Source: Patescibacteria group bacterium (GTDB lineage: Bacteria; Patescibacteriota; Patescibacteriia; 2-01-FULL-39-33). From it: 32,000 nt of DNA. Below are positions 26,980-32,000 of the stretch, piece by piece. The stretch is taken from contig JBAZRV010000001.1 in the NCBI GenBank assembly GCA_041662745.1, positions 180,001 to 212,000 of the forward strand, written 5' to 3'. A model generated the notes under the pieces. The model searched no databases. It was given only the letters and a program-made list of their open reading frames with translations, and was not told the origin of the DNA. The position numbers and the translations under genes are program-made. The number at the start of each line of letters is the position of its first letter. The first letter of the stretch is position 1.

Positions 26980-28482
26980 ATGAAACGAACTAAGATTGTC
27001 GCGACTATCGGTCCGGCTTCGGAAACTAAAGCCATGATGCAAAAAATGATTAAGTCAGGTCTGAACGTGGCTCGGCTTAATTTTTCTCATAATACCCATG
27101 GCCATCACGCCAAACTGATTCGTAATTTGCGTTCCGCGGCCAAGGCAAGCAATGCCAACATCGCTATTTTGCAGGATTTGCAAGGTCCGCGCATCAGAAT
27201 CGGCGAAGTGGGCGATGGCGTGGAAATCAAAGCGGGACAGGAATTATATTTGGTGCCGGAGAAGTACTGTTCCGCCGGCAAAAAAACCGCCCGCCTGCTT
27301 ATCCCCATCCAGTATCCCGAGTTATATCGCGACCTGAAAAAGGGCGATCCGGTTTTGATTGACGATGCAACCATTGAATTGAAAGTTAAGGAGATTGATC
27401 GGCGGGCCATCCGTTGCCTGGCTCTAAACGGCGGCATCATCAAGACGCATAAAGGCATGAATTTCCCCAAATCATCAATAAATTGTCCGGCAGTAACTGA
27501 CAAGGACTTGGCTGATGTGGAATTCGGCGTCAAAAGCGGAGCGGACTGGATCGCCTTGTCTTTTGTTAAGGATGAAAAAGACGTTTTCAACCTGCGAAAG
27601 AAAGTTTTCGCCTTAGAGAAGAAATATTTGAAATTAAATATCGGCGATGGCAAAAAAATGGATAAGCCGGGAATGAAAGGCAAGATTTCCGGCGAGCATA
27701 TCAGAATTATCGCCAAGATTGAACGGCGCGAGGCCATTAACAATTTTGATCGTATTTTGGAGGCGGCCGACGGCATTATGGTGGCGCGCGGCGACTTAGG
27801 AATTGAAACGCCGATTGAGGATTTGCCCATGTTGCAAAAATCCATGATTGAAAAATGCCGGCAAGCCGGCAAGCCGGTGATTGTGGCTACCCAAATGCTG
27901 GAATCCATGATTAAGAATCCCATTCCCACCCGCGCCGAAGTGTCAGACGTGGCCAATGCCGTGCTGGATGGCACCGACGCCATTATGCTTTCGGGCGAAA
28001 GCGCTACCGGCAAATATCCGCTTAAGGCCGTGCAATACATGGCCAAGATCGCCAACCATATGGAACAGGAAGAAATCGTTCGGGAGGAAGCGCGAGAAAA
28101 TGATTTTAAGAGCAACCAATCCATTACCCAGGTGATTTCTTTTATGGCTCAAGATTTAGCCGAAGATAGCGCCGCCGCCCGCTTAATCGTTTGCGCCACC
28201 ACTTCCGGCTTTACGGCTCGCAATATCTGCCGTTTTCGGCCGGCGGTGCAAATTGTAGCGGTTACGCCGTCGGCTTTAACGCGGCGGCAACTGGCGTTGA
28301 GCTGGGGCGTAGACGCGCAAATAGCCCGCTTTACCGATTCATTCAATAAGCTTTTGGCCGACATTAAGAAACTGTTATTGGCTAAGCGCTTGGCAAAACG
28401 GGGAGATACGGTGGTAGTGGTTGCCGGCCACCCCTTCGGTTATAAGGGGCAGAGCAACTTGATTAAGGTGGAGGTGATATAG
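26980..28482 (+). CDS. pyk: pyruvate kinase
   Basis: TKIVATIGPAS, ARLNFSH, DLQGPRIRIG, IARGDLGIE, ATQMLESM, SGESATGKYP. Confidence 0.97.
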   Translation: MKRTKIVATIGPASETKAMMQKMIKSGLNVARLNFSHNTHGHHAKLIRNLRSAAKASNANIAILQDLQGPRIRIGEVGDGVEIKAGQELYLVPEKYCSAGKKTARLLIPIQYPELYRDLKKGDPVLIDDATIELKVKEIDRRAIRCLALNGGIIKTHKGMNFPKSSINCPAVTDKDLADVEFGVKSGADWIALSFVKDEKDVFNLRKKVFALEKKYLKLNIGDGKKMDKPGMKGKISGEHIRIIAKIERREAINNFDRILEAADGIMVARGDLGIETPIEDLPMLQKSMIEKCRQAGKPVIVATQMLESMIKNPIPTRAEVSDVANAVLDGTDAIMLSGESATGKYPLKAVQYMAKIANHMEQEEIVREEARENDFKSNQSITQVISFMAQDLAEDSAAARLIVCATTSGFTARNICRFRPAVQIVAVTPSALTRRQLALSWGVDAQIARFTDSFNKLLADIKKLLLAKRLAKRGDTVVVVAGHPFGYKGQSNLIKVEVI

Positions 28483-28528
28483 TTTTCTTTGATACCTTTC
28501 TCTATGAGAAAGGTATCTCCAAAGAGTC

Positions 28529-28663
28529 GCGACCGCTAAAAATCATGGCCAAATTTTCAGTAGCGCTCACTAAATTTTGACGCTACGCTGGCAAAATTTT
28601 TACGTGAGCGCCCAGTCCGTCTACGACGGACATTGAAAATTGGCACAATATTTTAATGGTCGC
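28529..28663. repeat. multi-branched imperfect inverted-repeat element
   Basis: Outer arms 28529-28559 and 28634-28663 complementary; inner arms 28563-28579/28592-28611; hairpin GTCCGTC-TAC-GACGGAC 28615-28631. Confidence 0.75.
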
Positions 28664-28710
28664 CTTTTTATTCAAATACGAATACAATTAAAATAAAGTT
28701 AACAAATTTA

Positions 28711-28739
28711 AAAACCGCGGGCGGGTGCTCGCGGTTTTT
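28711..28739. terminator. intrinsic terminator
   Basis: AAAACCGCG...CGCGGTTTT stem followed by T. Confidence 0.75.
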
Positions 28740-28755
28740 GTGCGTTATTATTCAC

Positions 28756-29148
28756 TTATTCGCTTGGTAAGGTTTTGGCCAACGCCATTTTCATCAGTTC
28801 CATTTCTAATATAAACTGATTCCCATTAGATCTTGCTAACGCAATATCTACCATTCTCTCTGTCGTCAACGCCTCGTCGCATAAGCGTTCGCCTTCTTTT
28901 CGCGTTACACCTATTTTATAGATTTTTTCTCCCAAATCATCATCGGCTTCCATGGCTCGTTGAAATTCTTTCAATTGTTGTTCCGAGTAAAAGCTCCTCA
29001 TAAAACGCGTCCCGCAGTAAGCGGCGGGGGAAGCTTTTTCGGTATATTCAAATACCACAACAATCTCCTCCTCCTCGGCTTTTTTGGGCGGTTCCGGCAG
29101 CGGTTCATAAGCGGTTTCATCGGGGCTGGGATGGCAATCTTCCGACAT
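28756..29148 (-). CDS. hypothetical protein, acidic, 130 aa
   Basis: Clean ORF; GGAGACGAG just upstream of the start. Confidence 0.65.
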   Translation of the reverse strand: MSEDCHPSPDETAYEPLPEPPKKAEEEEIVVVFEYTEKASPAAYCGTRFMRSFYSEQQLKEFQRAMEADDDLGEKIYKIGVTRKEGERLCDEALTTERMVDIALARSNGNQFILEMELMKMALAKTLPSE

Positions 29149-29172
29149 GTCTCGTCTCCTTTTGGTTGAGGT

Positions 29173-30126
29173 TTACAAATTGCGCCAAATTTCATAACCC
29201 TGGATGCCCGGGTTGCGCTTATGCCATCCCGGACAAGCGACATTAAGATCAAACAACAGGTATTGAGTGTAGCTTACATGCATTTTTTCTGACAGTTCAC
29301 CGGCCAATTCCTTAAGCGTGTTGAATTTCGGTTCGCTGATGCCCAACATAGAAATATACCCGAATTTGTCGTTCTGTTTATACAAGTAGACTTTAGTGAC
29401 AGAGCTTTCCAGCGGTCGGAACAGAAAAGTCTTCCAAGAAGTCTTAAGGCATAGGACGTACGGCTGATAACCGCAATGCTCCAAAACATAAGCGGCGGTA
29501 ACGGCGGCGCCATAATCGTCTAACGGCCTTCGGGAATAATGGATTTGGCTGAAACTGGGCGGCGAGTTATCGGCTATCAAGCCGTTTTGCAATTGGTAGC
29601 GAAAAACAATTATGCGCGCTTGCAACGGGTGATGGACGCTGGCGGCCACTTCTTCTGCCGCCGGAGCAAGTATGTGTTCCGGTGCAACTAGAGAAGATTT
29701 TCGGTCCTTCCCCAAAGAAGTGACAGCGATTTTTTCCCAATCAGGATAAATAGCCAATAGGCTGTCAATATGTTTTTGCACCTCGTTAAATTTCGGGTCA
29801 GCCGTCACCAGGGCTTGCTCGATTCGGTCGGGATCCAAAGACATTATTTTCGGTTGGATCAGATTAACGGCAAGGGCCAGGACGATAACAAGAAAAACGG
29901 CCCGGGCCATAAATGATAGCCTTTGACCGACACGATTGACGGAAAAATAAGCCGGCCAAGCCACGGCATAGAAAATTCTTTCTTGACGCGTTAAGGAAGA
30001 AGAATTATCGCTGATTGCCGTTCCTGCCGGCATAAAAGCGGTTAGACGGCTGGCATAGCCGATAAACAGATAACAAGACAAAGCAAGCAGCGAAACCAAG
30101 TAAGCCAAGCAGTATTCAATAAGCAT
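29173..30126 (-). CDS. hypothetical membrane-anchored protein
   Basis: N-terminal TM segments. GGAGAGC Shine-Dalgarno-like sequence before ATG at 30126 (MLIEYCLAYLVSLL) favours this over the listed 30156 start. Confidence 0.7.
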   Translation of the reverse strand: MLIEYCLAYLVSLLALSCYLFIGYASRLTAFMPAGTAISDNSSSLTRQERIFYAVAWPAYFSVNRVGQRLSFMARAVFLVIVLALAVNLIQPKIMSLDPDRIEQALVTADPKFNEVQKHIDSLLAIYPDWEKIAVTSLGKDRKSSLVAPEHILAPAAEEVAASVHHPLQARIIVFRYQLQNGLIADNSPPSFSQIHYSRRPLDDYGAAVTAAYVLEHCGYQPYVLCLKTSWKTFLFRPLESSVTKVYLYKQNDKFGYISMLGISEPKFNTLKELAGELSEKMHVSYTQYLLFDLNVACPGWHKRNPGIQGYEIWRNL

Positions 30127-30312
30127 GGCGCTCTCCTTTTTGCGGTTATTTGCCAATATCCGTTATGTTTGTCAAAGAACTTTAATAGCTAACCCTATCA
30201 TAAAAATCGTCAATAGTCAAGATTTTGGCCGGAAGGTTGTCGCCGGTAATGCGCGATTTATTTTTTGGGAGTATAATTAAAATAGCAAATAAAAATTTAG
30301 GAGGCTATGAAA

Positions 30313-32000
30313 ATGCAAAAAAACATTCTTTGGTTCAAGGAATTGACGATGAGAGATGTCGGTCGAGTCGGCGGCAAAAACGCCAGCTTGGGTGAAATGT
30401 ATCGTAATTTGTCCGGCCGGGGTGTTCCCATACCGAACGGTTTTGCCGTTACGGCCCAGGCTTATAATAAGTTTTTAGCCGGCGCCAAGATTAAGCGTCG
30501 CATTTACGCCGAGCTTAAGGGGGCGACTGATAGGAATTTGGCCAAGAAATCAGCCGCAGTCAAGAAGATGATTTTGACTGCTGTTTTGCCTCAGGAATTA
30601 AAAACGGAAATTTCTCAGGCATACAAAAAATTATCCAAGCAGTATGGTGTCGCCAATACTGACGTGGCCGTGCGTTCTTCGGCCACAGCCGAGGATATGC
30701 CCAATGCTTCTTTTGCCGGCCAACAAGAATCATATCTGAATATCAGGGGTGAACAAGAATTATATTTGGCGATCAAGCGCTGTTTCGCTTCATTGTTTTC
30801 CGAGCGCGCCATTTCTTATCGTCTTGATTATAAATTCAAACATGAGAAGGTCCTGCTTTCAGTCGGCGTGCAGAAAATGGTGCGATCGGATTTGGGATCT
30901 GCCGGCGTAATGTTTACCATTGACACCGAAAGCGGCAATCCCAACGTAATTTTGATTAACGCCGCTTACGGCTTGGGCGAATTTGTGGTTAAGGGTACGG
31001 TCAACCCCGATGAATATTATGTCTTCAAAAATACTTTGGCCAAAGGCTTCAAGCCGATCGTTTCCAAACAGGTCGGCGATAAAAATAAGAAACTGGTTTA
31101 CTCCGATAATCCTATTCGGCCGACACGTTCAGTGGCGGTGCCATTACTGCAACAGAAGAAGTATGTTTTAAAGGATGAAGAAATCATGCAGTTGGCCAAA
31201 TGGGCGGTAATAATTGAAAAGCATTATAAGCGGCCCATGGACATTGAATGGGCCTTGGACGGCCGGACGGGCAAATTATATATCGTTCAAGCTCGGCCGG
31301 AAACGATTGCCAGCAATAAGAATCCGAATTTATTGGAAGAATATGTAATGGCCGGCACAGGCAAATTATTATTTACCGGTTCCAGCGTCGGGGTGAAAAT
31401 CGGCAGCGGCCAGGCGCGTGTAATTAAGAGAGTGTCGGAATTGAATGATTTTAAGTCCGGAGAGGTGCTGGTGGCTGACATGACCGATCCGGATTGGGAG
31501 CCGTTTATGAAAAGCGCCGCCGCGATTGTCACTAACGAAGGCGGCAGAACCTGCCATGCCGCGATTGTTTCGCGAGAACTGGGCGTGCCTTGCGTCGTGG
31601 GTGCCAGCGTGGCGACTAAGAAGATAAAGACCGGCCAGGCCGTTACCGTGTCTTGCGCCGAGGGAGAAATCGGCAAGGTGTATGGCGGTTTGGTGCCATT
31701 TAAAATCAGACGCACCAACTTAAAGCATTTATCCCGCCCCAAAACAAAAATCATGATGAATGTGGGCAACCCCTATGCCGCCCTGTCGTTTTCTTTTTTG
31801 CCTAATGACGGCGTAGGCCTGGCGCGCGAAGAGTTCATTATTGCCAATTATATCAAGGTTCATCCCCTGGCTCTTTTGAATTATTCCAAAATCAAAGATC
31901 AGCAAGCCAAGGCCGAAATCGCCGAGCTAACCGTAAATTATCCGAAGAAGCCCCAATTTTTTGTTGATAAATTAGCCGAGGGCATCGGTATGATTGCCGC
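30313..32000 (+). CDS. ppsA: phosphoenolpyruvate synthase, 3' partial (open at window edge, not in ORF track)
   Basis: LTMRDVGRVGGKNASLGEM, VRSSATAEDMPNASFAGQQESYLN, NPDEYYVFK, PMDIEWALDG, and swivelling His motif TNEGGRTCHAAIVSRELGVPCVVG. AGGAGG at 30299-30304 favours ATG 30313 over 30307. Confidence 0.95.
   Translation, partial: MQKNILWFKELTMRDVGRVGGKNASLGEMYRNLSGRGVPIPNGFAVTAQAYNKFLAGAKIKRRIYAELKGATDRNLAKKSAAVKKMILTAVLPQELKTEISQAYKKLSKQYGVANTDVAVRSSATAEDMPNASFAGQQESYLNIRGEQELYLAIKRCFASLFSERAISYRLDYKFKHEKVLLSVGVQKMVRSDLGSAGVMFTIDTESGNPNVILINAAYGLGEFVVKGTVNPDEYYVFKNTLAKGFKPIVSKQVGDKNKKLVYSDNPIRPTRSVAVPLLQQKKYVLKDEEIMQLAKWAVIIEKHYKRPMDIEWALDGRTGKLYIVQARPETIASNKNPNLLEEYVMAGTGKLLFTGSSVGVKIGSGQARVIKRVSELNDFKSGEVLVADMTDPDWEPFMKSAAAIVTNEGGRTCHAAIVSRELGVPCVVGASVATKKIKTGQAVTVSCAEGEIGKVYGGLVPFKIRRTNLKHLSRPKTKIMMNVGNPYAALSFSFLPNDGVGLAREEFIIANYIKVHPLALLNYSKIKDQQAKAEIAELTVNYPKKPQFFVDKLAEGIGMIA

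Noticed and set aside
27105-28124. 339-aa ORF antisense to pyruvate kinase
   Set aside because: Long only because of codon bias in pyk; the sense protein has all pyruvate kinase motifs.

Overview
This window looks like ordinary chromosomal housekeeping sequence from a Patescibacteria/CPR-like bacterium (lineage inferred from gene style only). UGA is a normal stop here, so the standard bacterial code applies. Recognisable genes: CCA-adding enzyme (5' partial), RluA pseudouridine synthase, TrmB-like regulator, groEL/groES, M23/LysM peptidase, YifB/ComM AAA ATPase, rplS, RBBP9/YdeN hydrolase, PEBP, GT2 glycosyltransferase, PKD/lamin-tail surface protein, nusA, YraN, methyltransferase, CsoR-like regulator, CopA ATPase, pyruvate kinase, PEP synthase (3' partial), and tRNA-Leu(GAG), tRNA-Val(UAC), tRNA-Ala(UGC). 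No CRISPR array, transposase or obvious defence island was seen. The best leads are non-coding: (1) an intrinsic terminator between a consensus promoter and the nusA start, a candidate attenuator; (2) a GC-rich, foldable ~130-nt element next to tRNA-Val, ending in an exact 16-bp copy of the tRNA 3' end; (3) a multi-branched 135-bp inverted-repeat element downstream of pyk; (4) a promoter + CIRCE + 17-bp tandem repeat leader at groES-groEL; (5) a 58-aa DUF397-like ORF absent from the ORF track; (6) a membrane protein with a degenerate HMA-like tail in the csoR operon; (7) a tandem RyR-like protein behind a structured leader; (8) a gene-tRNA-gene arrangement that could yield a near-leaderless mRNA.
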